A DNA stretch of 64,000 nucleotides from Tubiluchus corallicola (taxonomy: Eukaryota; Animalia; Priapulida), in the NCBI GenBank assembly GCA_030141605.1, contig JAQGDQ010000460.1, forward strand, positions 118,238-182,237. The letters run 5' to 3'. The notes under the pieces were generated by a model. That model made no database searches. It was given only the letters and a program-made list of their open reading frames with translations, and was not told where the DNA came from. A program made the position numbers and the translations under genes. Shown here piece after piece: positions 53,501-64,000 of this stretch. Each line of letters begins with the position of its first letter. Position 1 is the first letter of the stretch.

Positions 53501-56500
53501 CAAATACCTTAGCAACCACTGTTACACCTAGCTGTGGCTTGACAACACATGCACGGGGTTGCATGCTACAAATACCTTAGCAACCACTGCTACAGCTAGC
53601 TGTGGCAAGACAACGCATGCACGGGGTTGCATGCTACAAATACCTTAGCAACTACTGCTACAGCTAGCTGTGGCAAGACAACGCATGCACGGGGCTGCAT
53701 GCTACAAATACCTTAGCAACCACTGTTACACCTAGCTGTGGCAAGACAACGCATGCACAGGGTTTCATATTACAAATACCTTAGCAACCACTGCTACAGC
53801 TAGCTGTGGCAAGACAATGCATGCACGGGGTTGCATGCTACAAATACCTTAGCAACCACTGTTACAGCATGCACGGGGTTGCATATTACAAATACCTTAG
53901 CAACCACTGTTACACCTAGCTGTGGCTTGACAACACATGCACGGGGTTGCATGCTACAAATACCTTAGCAACCACTGCTACAGCTAGCTGTGGCAAGACA
54001 ACGCATGCACGGGTTGCATGCTACAAATACCTTAGCAACCACTGTTACAGCTAGCTGTGTCAAGACAACGCATGCACGGGGTTGCATGCTACAAATACCT
54101 TAGCAACCACTGTTACAGCATGCACGGGGTTGCATATTACAAATACCTTAGCAACCACTGTTACACCTAGCTGTGGCTTGACAACACATGCACGGGGCTG
54201 CATGATGCAAATACCTTAGCAACCACTGCTACAGCTAGCTGTGGCTAGACAATGCATGCACGGGGTTGCATATTACAAATACCTTAGCAACCACTGTTAC
54301 AGCTAGCTGTGGCTTGACAACGCATGCACGGGATTGCATGCTACAAATGCCTTAGCAACCACTGTTACAGCTAGCTGTGGCTTGTTGCTGCATGAAATTC
54401 TACACAATTTTTTTTTTACAAATATCATTACTGCACAAAATGTGCGTGTTCAGCATTCTGGTTGATATTGGTCTGTTTTGTTCAAGTTTTCAAATTATTT
54501 ACCTATTTGAGGTAAAATCTGCTGATATCTTTTGAAAAATGCTTCATTTACTGCGCAAATCAGCATAAAACACTTAATAAATTTACTCAAAATGTATAAT
54601 TTTATTTTTCTGGACAATTTTGTACCTTTTTCATAATTTTAATGTGAACTGTATGTTCAAAATAAGTGTTTGAATGAAACTGCAATTGCACTATTTGCAG
54701 TCACATGTGATACTAATAACGTAACCTACGTTAACATTCAATATTTAAATTATGCTGTTTATTTTTTACTTTTCCATATTTGTTATTTGTGAAGTAATAA
54801 CACTAATACAGATTTGACAAACTTATTTATATATCAACCATTAGGAAATCTGACATTGTTTCAGATTCCTCATTCTAACAAAAAGACCTCACCTAGGGAT
54901 AAATTAATACAGAAAAAGGTACAGGTGTGTTCAGGTGTTCTTGGGTTCATGGGTTCAACACTGTATGGTGGTGCTGCTTGTTTTGTTCACTTGTTTGTGC
55001 GTTTTTTATCTGGGTGTTGGGCATGTGGTTGCACTGGGTTGTTGTGTCACTTGTTTTTGAAGTGCATTGCATGGTAAGAAAACTGTGTTGACTTGAAAAG
55101 AAATGTGCAAAGGTTTCCGTGGTGGCATAGTTGCACATTCTTTATTGTCGTCCGTTAAATCAAAGTTCGGAGAACAAAATTACTTGTCTTCGTGCTGTTA
55201 TGTTAAGCGGCATTATGGCTCATTCACATTAGCGAGTTTTCTTGCCACGTGACTCACAAACGTGTTCAGACTAGAAAGCAAAACTTACTGTGAGTTACTC
55301 TCCGACAGTAAGCACGAGCTGACACTCACTTCTCTATTTACTGTAAGTAACTCACAAGCGTGTTCAGACTAGAGAGAGCAAAACTTACTGTGGGTTACTC
55401 TCCGACAATAAGCACAAGCTGACGCTCACTTCTCTATTCACTGCAAGAATTGTTGAGGATAAATCGCCGAGGCTTTCATACTAGACAGTAAATCAACTCA
55501 CAGTAACTGTTAGTAAGTTGCAATTTCTTACGGACAGTAACTCACAAAGCAGTTCACACTTGCGAGTTTGTTGTCAGAGAGAAAACTCGCTAGTATGAAC
55601 GCGCCATTAGTGTTGGTTGCCGAATTTGTTAGTATTTCTGATTTGTATTACTTGGGTGACAGGCATTGGAATATAGTTATAGTTTCACGACTCGTAATTA
55701 AGTCATCTTGTTTACGATATTAGCGTCCAGTTTTCTGACTAGCCACCTTGGAAGTTTCAGAACTTTTAAATGAGCCTGCTTAAATATGGAAAAGAATGCA
55801 TTGAAATGTTTAAAAAACAGTGCAATATGTGTACATCATATCATTGTGTCTTACAGGATATTAGTGAAATTGTACACTCATGTGCCAGCTCCAACTGGTC
55901 AGAGCGGAAAGAGGGTTTAATAGCCATACAGAACCTATGTCGGTTGCCTAAACCGCTTAAGTAAGTGAATTGAACACTTATGTCACCGTAAGTGTAGTTT
56001 ATGTCGTTAGTAATAAATTACAGTTTTCTAAATTTCTTTAGGACTAGATCGAGAAGACCTACTACTACTTATGCATTATGTTGTGTGCGGTTGATGTTCC
56101 AAGATTATGTTTTGTATACAATCTTTTATTCTTACTTGTCGTATAACTATGTCAGGCAAACAACCAAATCATAAAGTTGCTATTACATTAATTAAGCAGA
56201 CGTTGTTAAGTGAGAGCAAGATGAGTTAGTATAACACACAACTCATTTCTGTTGCAAATATATCATTTTTGTTCCTAATCAGTTTAATCCAGGGATGAGA
56301 ATTTTCTGCCTATACGCGGAATTCCGAGTTTCTGGAAGACCAGTAGTGCCATTTTTGTAAATCGCGTAAATTCGTTGAGGAAATTTTTACGGACCCTGTA
56401 CATTGTTTCACAAGCTGACCGCTAGTTGGCAGGCCGTCACTTTGTTTACATCACGTATATCAGTGTAACCACGTGTAGATCTCTATGTATAAAAATATAG

Positions 56501-59500
56501 AATCAATTGTGTGGAGTTATTTGAGTCAATTGCAGACAGTTTTTATATACTTTTGCATAGGAGCGGCCAGTACTTAGGTGTTTTTGACACAAAATTAGGT
56601 ATCATGTATCCTTGATAGTTGGGTATTTTTAATTATGCATGAAACAAAGTAATTGATATTTTAAATCCACTTAGAGGCTTTCTATGGTCACAAAATTGCA
56701 ATTTATTGCTGGCTCCAAGGGGGCTTTGCCCCTCATCTCCATTGGGGGCCTAGGCAGCCCCAAAACCTCTGGCCTGTTTCAGAGTTTTTTGCAATTTGTC
56801 ATTCTCATCCCTGCTTTAATCACAACATATGAAGTGTTAAATAAACTATACTTTTATTTGTTGTTATTATTTTCTAGCCGAACTGAAGTAAAACGAATTA
56901 CGGAAATTTACACAAGAATGTTCATGGACCCACACAGCAAGGTAAGATCAGTATTATGTAACAGTCAAGATGGCGTTCATGGACCCACACAGCAAGGTAA
57001 GATCAGTATCATGTAACAGTCAAGATGGTGTTCATGGACCCACACAGCAAGGTAAGATCAGTATCATGTAACACTCAAGATGGCGTTCATGGACCCACAC
57101 AGCAAGGTAAGATCAGTATCATGTAACACTCAAGATGGCGTTCATGGACCCACACAGCAAGGTAAGATCAGTATCATGTAACACTCAAGATGGCGTTCAT
57201 GGACCCACACAGCAAGGTAAGATCAGTATCATGTAACACTCAAGATGGCGTTCATGGACCCACACAGCAAGGTAAGATCAGTATCATGTAACAGTCAAGA
57301 TGGCGTTCATGGACCCACACAGCAAGGTAAGATCAGTATCATGTAACAGTCAAGATGGCGTTCATGGACCCACACAGCAAGGTAAGATCAGTATCATGTA
57401 ACACTCAAGATGGCGTTCATGGACCCACACAGCAAGGTAAGATCAGTATCATGTAACAGTCAAGATGGCGTTCATGGACCCACACAGCAAGGTAAGATCA
57501 GTATCATGTAACACTCAAGATGGCGTTCATGGACCCACACAGCAAGGTAAGATCAGTATTATGTAACACTCAAGATGGCGTTCATGGACCCACACAGCAA
57601 GGTAAGATCAGTATCATGTAACACTCAAGATGGCGTTCATGGACCCACACAGCAAGGTAAGATCAGTATTATGTAACACTCAAGATGGCGTTCATGGACC
57701 CACACAGCAAGGTAAGATCAGTATCATGTAACACTCAAGATGGCGTTCATGGACCCACACAGCAAGGTAAGATCAGTATCATGTAACACTCAAGATGGCG
57801 TTCATGGACCCACACAGCAAGGTAAGATCAGTATTATGTAACAGTCAAGATGGCGTTCATGGACCCACACAGCAAGGTAAGATCAGTATCATGTAACACT
57901 CAAGATGGCGTTCATGGACCCACACAGCAAGGTAAGATCAGTATTATGTAACACTCAAGATGGTGTTCATGGACCCACACAGCAAGGTAAGATCAGTATT
58001 ATGTAACAGTCAAGATGGTGTTCATGGACCCACACAGCAAGGTAAGATCAGTATTATGTAACAGTCAAGATGGCGTTCATGGACCCACACAGCAAGGTAA
58101 GATCAGTATCATGTAACACTCAAGATGGCGTTCATGGACCCACACAGCAAGGTAAGATCAGTATTATGTAACACTCAAGATGGCGTTCATGGACCCACAC
58201 AGCAAGGTAAGATCAGTATCATGTAACACTCAAGATGGCGTTCATGGACCCACACAGCAAGGTAAGATCAGTATCATGTAACAGTCAAGATGGCGTTCAT
58301 GGACCCACACAGCAAGGTAAGATCAGTATTATGTAACAGTCAAGATGGCGTTCATGGACCCACACAGCAAGGTAAGATCAGTATCATGTAACACTCAAGA
58401 TGGCGTTCATGGACCCACACAGCAAGGTAAGATCAGTATCATGTAACAGTCAAGATGGCGTTCGTGGACCCACACAGCAAGGTAAGATCAGTATTATGTA
58501 ACACTCAAGATGGTGTTGTTGACGGCGGTCTGTTCCGCATGACGTTGCATTTGTTACAAGGGTCATCTGATGAGGATAACATTTTTCTCTATGATCTTAA
58601 CATCAAATGTTTGAACACAAGCATGCTCAGTGCAAATTTGTGGTTTATGTGAAGCAAAAGTGTCAAAATTAACTGACCCATTCAAGAGCTGAGACTTGCG
58701 ACTTAGTAAGCCTGATGTTTTACGATAAGATGAAATTTATCATATAAAATAAGTGTTTTAAATTTGTGTACAGTCTAGCCTCGTTATCTCACCCCTCGTT
58801 ATGCCGCCAAACTCGTCTCTCGCCATAGAAAGTACCAGGACGGATTTCCTGCTTTGATATTTACCTCGTTAAGTCGCCACCCTCGCTTCTCGCCCTCGCC
58901 ACGTCATGCTAGGATGAGTGCTTATGTAAACTATATTCGTTATGTCGCCAAACAGACAAACTCAGAGGTGAATCGATCAATACATATACTTATACTTGAA
59001 CAGTCTGACAGAGTCACACGCGACGATATTCAAGGATATTTAAACGTTGTGTTGACTGCTTGCGTGTATCATCAATGAAACAGTCGTCTCTTCTGAATTA
59101 TTTCAGTCGTCAGTAACTCATTTGTGAACATTTCTAAATCTTTTGCTAAGTTTATTGCATTTCAGTGTATACTCGAAAAAGGTTTTTTTAAATAAAAAAA
59201 TAACATTCTAAGAAATTTCTATGACATTTTTTCATTTCTGATTTAATGTTGATTGGTATCCTAATGCGAAATATATTTTATATGTACGTAGAGGAACACT
59301 ATGTTAATCAACTATTATGTATATACATATAGACTAACTTTGTTATATTCCCGTTATCTCGCCATACTCGCCTCTCGCCAAAAATTTGCCCTAGACGGAC
59401 AGTGGCGAGATAACGAGGCTAGACTATATTAAAATTCAGCCAAACTTTTACTCCAGTTTTTGAAAGGAACATTTTTCGGGTCGGAAATCGTTTCCGTTGC

Positions 59501-60066
59501 TCCGTTCTTAAGAGCAAAATTATGTTAATTATCCACACTTGTTACAGGTATTTAGCATGTTCTTGGACACGGTCACAGATTTTGTACAGGTGTACAAAAA
59601 CGAGCTTCACGATTGGCTGTACATTCTGATGACGCGTCTGTTCATGAAGACAGGTGCCGAGATGCTGGGTTCGGTGCATTCCAAGTGTCAACGTTGTCTA
59701 GATGTAGTAAAGTTAGTATCGTGCTGTTTTTGTTTGTTCAAGTTTCAATTAGAATTGAAAATACGAACACAGGTCCAGAAATCAGATTCTTTTTTATTAA
59801 TTTGTCAGTGTGATTGATGTGTTGATGTTGAAACATTGTATGTCATATCAGGGCCGGCCTTAAGCATAGGCAAACTAGGCAATTGCCTAGGGCCTCACCC
59901 TCCAGGGGGGCCTGACGCCGAGGTAACATTTTTTTGCTTTATGCGAACATACTGCCTCTCTCTCTTGTATGTATGTATGTATGTATGTACGTAAATGCCA
60001 AATAGAGTAATCTCTCTCCCTCTTTCCCTCCCTCCCTCACTCACTCACTCTCTCTCTCTTGCTTTC

Positions 60067-60146
<80 letters not shown>

Positions 60147-60196
60147 CTCTCTCTCTCTTGCTCTCTCTCTCTCTTGCTTTCTTTTCCCTCTCTCTC

Positions 60197-60227
<31 letters not shown>

Positions 60228-63131
60228 TGCTCTCTCTCTCTCTCTCTCTGGTAAATTGCGTAATTTTATTTTTTTCGTATTTATTTTTTATTTTTCTATT
60301 TCATTTGGGGCCACCAAGTTTGCTTCGCCTAGGGCCTCCAATTACCTAAGGCCGGCCCTGTGTCATATAACTGCTTGAAACAAAGTTGTTATAAGCTTAA
60401 AAAGCCAAGAGATAAACCAGGATTCATGGACATTTAGTGATTATTCATTGTATAATATAACAAATGGAAGCAAAACAAACCTGTGGTATTTAAATGTCGC
60501 TTAACAAAGATTCTAAGAACACCTTTAATCGAAGTGAAGGTCACAGAGGTGCTTAAAGTTGAAGGTCAAACTTTTCACTTGCAAGAAATTGTAGGGTTTA
60601 TCACGAATCAGAGCCGATTAGGTAGACAATAAGATTTTGCTGTATATAAGTCAAAGGGTTAATGAGGCAGAGCAGATTGAGGTATTTTGTACAAGTGTGA
60701 CTATGGCTTCTTTGCAAGACACGGTCTGTTTGTTAGACTAGAGCAGCAGCTGTTTGGTATTTTTAAACATGATAAAGACAGGTATGTTCTTAGCTCCTTT
60801 TATATAATGTAGTCTTTTGACCTAAATTAATAATTTGACCATTATTGCAGTCTACACCTGTGAAAAATGCTCACTTTTTCAGAAGTTTGTGGGAGAGACA
60901 TCGGCCTGGTTCTTAATTTGTTGATTAGAATTAAACAAATACGTGGGAGTGTATATAGTCTAATTTGTTTTTATAGAAAAAGGTGCATAAAGCTTAAGTT
61001 TACGAGTTTTTAATTAAAATGGTTTACTGCTATTGAAATATATAAGTTAGATTAATTCTTGACTTTTAATAAAAACCGCACGACTATTTGATTAAAAGAG
61101 TGGCCACCCAAAATATAATTTATTGCAACTTACATGATTTGGCGCATTTACATTATTACTTTCTATCACAGCAGGACAACCAATTATAGATAATTATTCA
61201 CTTTATCGCATAGTTAGTACAATAAACACAGAGTACTAATGCTAGATATATAACGCGCAAATCAGCACATAACTATAAAAAAGTATTGAAAAGAGGAAAA
61301 AATAACCTAACGAATTAGGCGCATCGTATGACATTTGCTTGTAGGAATAGCAAGCGTCAAATGGTCGCCTGTACAAGGGTGACGAAGGAATTTATAACTT
61401 TAGAATGAAGCCCGTATAAATAATTCAAGGTTAACCTAATTGAACGACTCTAAGTAGATTTGCAAAGGTTGTAGGAACCGGAATAAACTAGTTTGCGATG
61501 CTGTAAATGAAAGGTCTAACAGCAGAGTAGAACTCAATCACGGGAATCCGTGACGACATCATCACTATTATTAATTTTTGCTTCATTGTCCTCTGTGAGA
61601 ATGTTTTGTTCTGTGAAGTTTACTTGCATTGTTTCTATATTGCCAACAGTAGAACTTGTCAGTTTTGTAGTTTTTTAAGCTATAATGCTTTTTTGCTGCT
61701 AGAAATTGTGATTGCAATCATGTTTACGACAAACGTTTCTTATTATCAGTAGGTGGTAATATAGTGATTAAAATTTTGTATTTTCATTACAGGGAGTCGT
61801 TTCCCTTTGATCAGCAGTTTCTTGTCATTATGAAGTTCATCACCGATCAGACACAAACACCAAATCTCAAGGTATAAAAATTGAAGCTTCTGCATTATTT
61901 GCACTTGCGTATAGACAGGCGTAGAGCGCGGGCTTCGCCATTAGACAGTTTGATGTACTTCTAACAGCTCTTCCCAGAATTCACTGCCATGCGCTTCAGA
62001 CAGACGCGAGGTTCTTACGACGCGACTGTGATAATTAAATTGGAATAGGAAAAACATCGGAGACATTTTTTTCAGCGAATTTCAATTTGCAGTTTAACCC
62101 TTTCATACCCGTTTGTATCCCGTGGGATACGAGAATATTTTCTGCCTTTAAAGTTAACAAAATTTTAAAACTGACAGTTATTTGATCTGTTAATAGTTAT
62201 TTTGATTTAAGCCAATAACAATAGACTAAAAATGGTGATAAAATGGCAAACTAGAAAATCTACATAACATAAAAAACTGCTCAAGGTACAGTACTTTAGA
62301 GACGACTTTGTACAGATCAGCATAGCGTGTATACTAAATGTCTTAAATACTTTAAAAAATTATCAGCAGTTGCAAAATGAAGCACATTTTATGCTTCCAT
62401 TGAATCCCAATGTATCCCATTGGATACAGGCTATATTTAGCACGCGGGCACAGGTAGAAAAAATAATTATGTGTAAACAAGATGGACATACTGAACAAAA
62501 TACCAAGCCAAAAATTTTTTTCTTATTAAAAAACTAATTTGGGACTAGTCAAGATTTTATCATGTACATTTGTTCGCATGAATTTTGTGATATGGATATT
62601 TCCTATTCATTTATATTTTCGTCAATAATTGGATAAACAAATGCATCGAAGGGTAGCTTTAATTTATATATACGTACTACATTTATTTGCACATACAGGT
62701 AAAAGTAGGCGTATTGAACTACCTATTGAACATCTTGGATCGTATGCAGTCAGAAGAGTTCACGAATAGTAGCGACACACGACTAGCAGTGTCCCGTATT
62801 ATCACTTGGACAACGGAACCCAAATCGAGCGAAGTCAGAAAAGTACGTACTGCCTATTTGTTGTGCAATACTAAACTTTTATTAGTTTTTTTTAATTTTT
62901 TGTTATAAGAATAATTTTTTATTTACTGGCACTGATTTATGGAAGATGTTGACATTTTAGAACACTTTGCTTACTGTATAATGTAAAGTTTGTTCCGTAA
63001 TTTTCTAGTTAGTTGTAGTAAGTAATTAGATTCTGTATTTTCAGCTGTCGCATATGACACTTATTGCTCTGTTCAATCTTAACACAGCTGAGTTCAGCAT
63101 GCTTTTATCCGTGTTACCAAAGGCTTATCAG
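38604..63131 (+). CDS. CLASP: CLIP-associating protein (CLASP/Orbit/MAST), partial gene with 16 internal exons
   Basis: Spliced translation gives CLASP motifs KDLRSQVVRESCIT, LIPNSAKVMASSG, IKKGISDADPDAR, SGIP, CASSNWSERKEGL, FMDPHSKVFSMFL, DQTQTPNLKVK, RLAVSRIITWTTEPKSSEVRK; all introns GT-AG and phase-consistent; 5' and 3' ends not in window. Confidence 0.96.
38790..39280. repeat. Degenerate (CAT)n microsatellite
   Basis: Directly visible; source of poly-H/S/I ORFs. Confidence 0.92.
39541..39843. repeat. ~150-bp tandem duplication (2 copies)
   Basis: 39541-39693 ~ 39694-39843. Confidence 0.85.
39860..40077 (-). mobile_element. LINE ORF2 C-terminal relic
   Basis: With frameshifts reads IEKGRY...RICKMCEMNQVED.MHFCVTCPAY, the Cys/His motif typical of CR1/L2-group LINE ends. 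Confidence 0.65.
40077..40824. repeat. 28-bp minisatellite, ~26 copies
   Basis: Unit tatccaatgtattaatgagaagttggta. Confidence 0.95.
41568..41703 (+). CDS. CLASP: CLASP exon (FLATQMGNKFDHF...ALRFIIQ)
   Basis: tgtgtag| ... CAG|GTAAGC. Confidence 0.92.
42120..42190 (+). CDS. CLASP: CLASP exon (HTLSPKLVP...SKSKEIR)
   Basis: ttacag| ... AG|GTATAT. Confidence 0.9.
42311..42772. mobile_element. hAT-type MITE, copy 1
   Basis: TIR cagggatgagaat/attctcatccctg; same family as 56290-56813. Confidence 0.85.
42912..43360. mobile_element. Tc1/mariner-pogo MITE
   Basis: TA TSD; TIR cagtcaaccctcgttaaaccggac / gtccggtttaacaagggtcgactg. Confidence 0.88.
43700..43975. repeat. ~92-bp pyrimidine-rich tandem repeat, ~3 copies
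   Basis: ccatcatgtctactaaccctaaccattctttcattcactcat occurs three times. Confidence 0.85.
44298..44435 (+). CDS. CLASP: CLASP exon (QCAEML...DARVHSR)
   Basis: tttttag| ... CG|GTAATA. Confidence 0.93.
45051..45313 (+). CDS. CLASP: CLASP exon (AFWGFADHF...PASSDY)
   Basis: ctgtag| ... G|GTAATT. Confidence 0.92.
45599..45733 (+). CDS. CLASP: CLASP exon (DGRPGMVRAPRSNSAIDASA...YSSL)
   Basis: gcgtag| ... C|GTAAGT. Confidence 0.85.
46259..46312 (+). CDS. CLASP: CLASP small exon (RSAKQDERGRSKASHSQ)
   Basis: tttgcag| ... C|GTAAGA. Confidence 0.85.
46729..46944 (+). CDS. CLASP: CLASP exon with EB1-binding SxIP motif (RRSGIPRS)
   Basis: gcacag| ... A|GTGAGT. Confidence 0.92.
46977..47171. repeat. 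25-bp minisatellite, ~8 copies
   Basis: Unit cttgaatatgtgatcctagctgatc. Confidence 0.95.
48073..48155 (+). CDS. CLASP: CLASP exon (PSGNANVLAQ...ETALHDAL)
   Basis: tatttag| ... CTG|GTAAGC. Confidence 0.88.
48311..48802 (+). mobile_element. hAT (Charlie-like) MITE, copy 1
   Basis: TIR caggggtgtgcaaatt; 8-bp TSD ATTTAACC on both sides. Confidence 0.92.
50083..50334. mobile_element. Foldback MITE with internal caaatgtagac repeats
   Basis: Termini tataggttttacatgtcaaatgt / acatttgacttgtaaaacctata. Confidence 0.7.
50374..50490 (+). CDS. CLASP: CLASP exon (TRKGAGRRRY...SDDESETSSICSERSF...GSD)
   Basis: tttgcag| ... GAT|GTAAGT. Confidence 0.92.
51793..54383. repeat. 68-bp minisatellite, ~38 copies
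   Basis: Unit gacaacgcatgcacggggttgcatgctacaaataccttagcaaccactgttacagctagctgtggcaa; recurrent shortened variants. Confidence 0.96.
55216..55606. mobile_element. PIF/Harbinger-type MITE
   Basis: TTA TSD; TIR tggctcattcacattagcgagttttc / gaaaactcgctagtatgaacgcgcca. Confidence 0.8.
55857..55960 (+). CDS. CLASP: CLASP exon (TOG3 start DISEIVHSCASSNWSERKEGL...)
   Basis: ttacag| ... AA|GTAAGT. Confidence 0.93.
56290..56813. mobile_element. hAT-type MITE, copy 2
   Basis: TIR cagggatgagaat; near-perfect 8-bp TSD (g/c)tttaatc. Confidence 0.88.
56878..56941 (+). CDS. CLASP: CLASP exon (RTEVKRITEIYTRMFMDPHSK)
   Basis: tttctag| ... AAG|GTAAGA. Confidence 0.93.
56920..58517 (+). repeat. 55-bp minisatellite, 29 copies, each containing the exon end and 5' splice site
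   Basis: Unit gttcatggacccacacagcaag|gtaagatcagtatcatgtaacactcaagatggc; first unit at 56920, last at 58460. Confidence 0.97.
58771..59426. mobile_element. Tc1/mariner-pogo MITE
   Basis: TA flanks; TIR cagtctagcctcgttatctc / gagataacgaggctagacta. Confidence 0.85.
59548..59711 (+). CDS. CLASP: CLASP exon (VFSMFLDTV...RCLDVV)
   Basis: gttacag| ... AA|GTTAGT. Confidence 0.93.
59849..60360. mobile_element. hAT-type MITE carrying an internal (CT)n tract
   Basis: TIR cagggccggcctta/taaggccggccctg; 8-bp TSD TGTCATAT on both sides. Confidence 0.92.
61793..61871 (+). CDS. CLASP: CLASP exon (ESFPFDQQF...QTPNLK)
   Basis: attacag| ... AAG|GTATAA. Confidence 0.93.
62699..62842 (+). CDS. CLASP: CLASP exon (VKVGVLNYL...EPKSSEVRK)
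   Basis: atacag| ... AAA|GTACGT. Confidence 0.93.
63045..63131 (+). CDS. CLASP: CLASP exon (LSHMTLIALFNLNTAEFSMLLSVLPKAYQ)
   Basis: ttttcag| ... CAG|GTAAGT. Confidence 0.93.
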
Positions 63132-63156
63132 GTAAGTGTTTTAGCACGTTTTAAAC

Positions 63157-63656
63157 GAGGGGTGTGCAAATTGCGGCCCGCGGACCACTTGCGGCCCGCC
63201 GAGAGAATTTGTGTGGCCCACGAAGAGATTTGTCAACCTAATGAAAGTGCAGCCCGGGCGATTAATTGAGTGTATCCAACTGAAGTCCGTGCCACGATCC
63301 CAAAGATAGTGCGGGTAGTTTTTTCTACTAGATCGGATGCCATTAACCCTTACAAGATGGTTGTAGCTTAATGTCACTGTACTACACAGACTGTGTGATA
63401 CAAATTACTAATATGCATTGTAATGAAATTACCACTATCTGTCGTGAAAGTAGAAACATATGGTTTGTAATATAAATTTTAATAACTTCTACAATAGTTT
63501 CTTGAGTGTAGTAGTAATGATGTATGCAGGTCGGATGCAAAAAAATCGTTATTAGGCCTTTCTGTACTTGGCTCCTTGATCAAACTGCCTGTGACCCGCA
63601 GGAATTGCGGGAAAGTTTAATGTGGCCCAGCTAGTCAGATAATTTGCACACCCCTA
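63157..63656 (-). mobile_element. hAT (Charlie-like) MITE, copy 2, inverted relative to 48311-48802
   Basis: Same family in reverse orientation; 8-bp TSD TTTTAAAC on both sides. Confidence 0.92.
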
Positions 63657-64000
63657 TTTTAAACAAACGTGTTCACATATTGGTAGAAGTCTGTTATCTA
63701 AATGTTTAATCTTTATTAATAAAAGTTTGTTATAAAAGAATGATTTTTCCTGTCACTTCTGCTTTATTCTTTTTTTGACAACCCTGGTAAGTGGCTAACT
63801 GAAAAGCGCAGTCTCTCGTTAAGTTTAGAGGTGGGGATGAATGGCTAAGTGGTTACGGCATCATGCTCTGCGACTGAAGTTAAGAATGATGACGAGACTG
63901 GTTAGTAAGTGGATTGTTCGACTGCTTCAGTTTTCGTTCCGGGCATACCGTAATGTGATCTGTGGGCAAAGCAAAGCCATCTGTCGCATCAGTTCAGTAA

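Noticed and set aside
56920-58517. CRISPR-like regular array (also 40077-40824, 51793-54383)
   Set aside because: Units are head-to-tail with no unique spacers, no cas genes, and the context is spliceosomal introns
59995-60378. Leu-Ser repeat ORFs
   Set aside because: (CT)n tract inside a hAT MITE
63826-63930. tRNA-like A-box/B-box sequence (similar hints at ~1400-1445 and ~15560)
   Set aside because: No complete cloverleaf; at best SINE heads, and the first is cut by the window edge

Overview
AT-rich, intron-rich invertebrate (metazoan) genomic DNA; not prokaryotic and no CRISPR array. (1) 2.8-22.4 kb, + strand: a tandem array of intronless, minimal (~274-283 aa) class A/rhodopsin-like GPCR genes. 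It holds 6 intact ORFs, 1 full-length copy with two in-frame TGA stops, and 3 relic fragments. Intracellular loops are near-invariant and extracellular segments look shuffled between paralogs. (2) - strand: a multi-exon gene mostly invisible in the ORF track. Eight phase-consistent exons from 35654 to 25412 encode a divergent RabGAP/TBC-like protein. It can end in a tiny exon at 22993-22975, or splice in phase to a further exon at 633-426, which would put the whole GPCR array antisense inside one ~24.8 kb intron. (3) 38.6-63.1 kb, + strand: 16 phase-consistent internal exons of CLASP (TOG2, S/R-rich SxIP region, TOG3). I could not find its 5' exons in the window, so both other loci may lie inside a CLASP intron. 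The most unusual element is a 55-bp x 29 minisatellite that duplicates the end of a CLASP exon together with its 5' splice site, giving 29 identical donors in a row. Introns contain many MITEs with clear TIRs/TSDs, LINE 3' relics, and mini/microsatellites. All calls come from reading the sequence by hand; no database searches were run.
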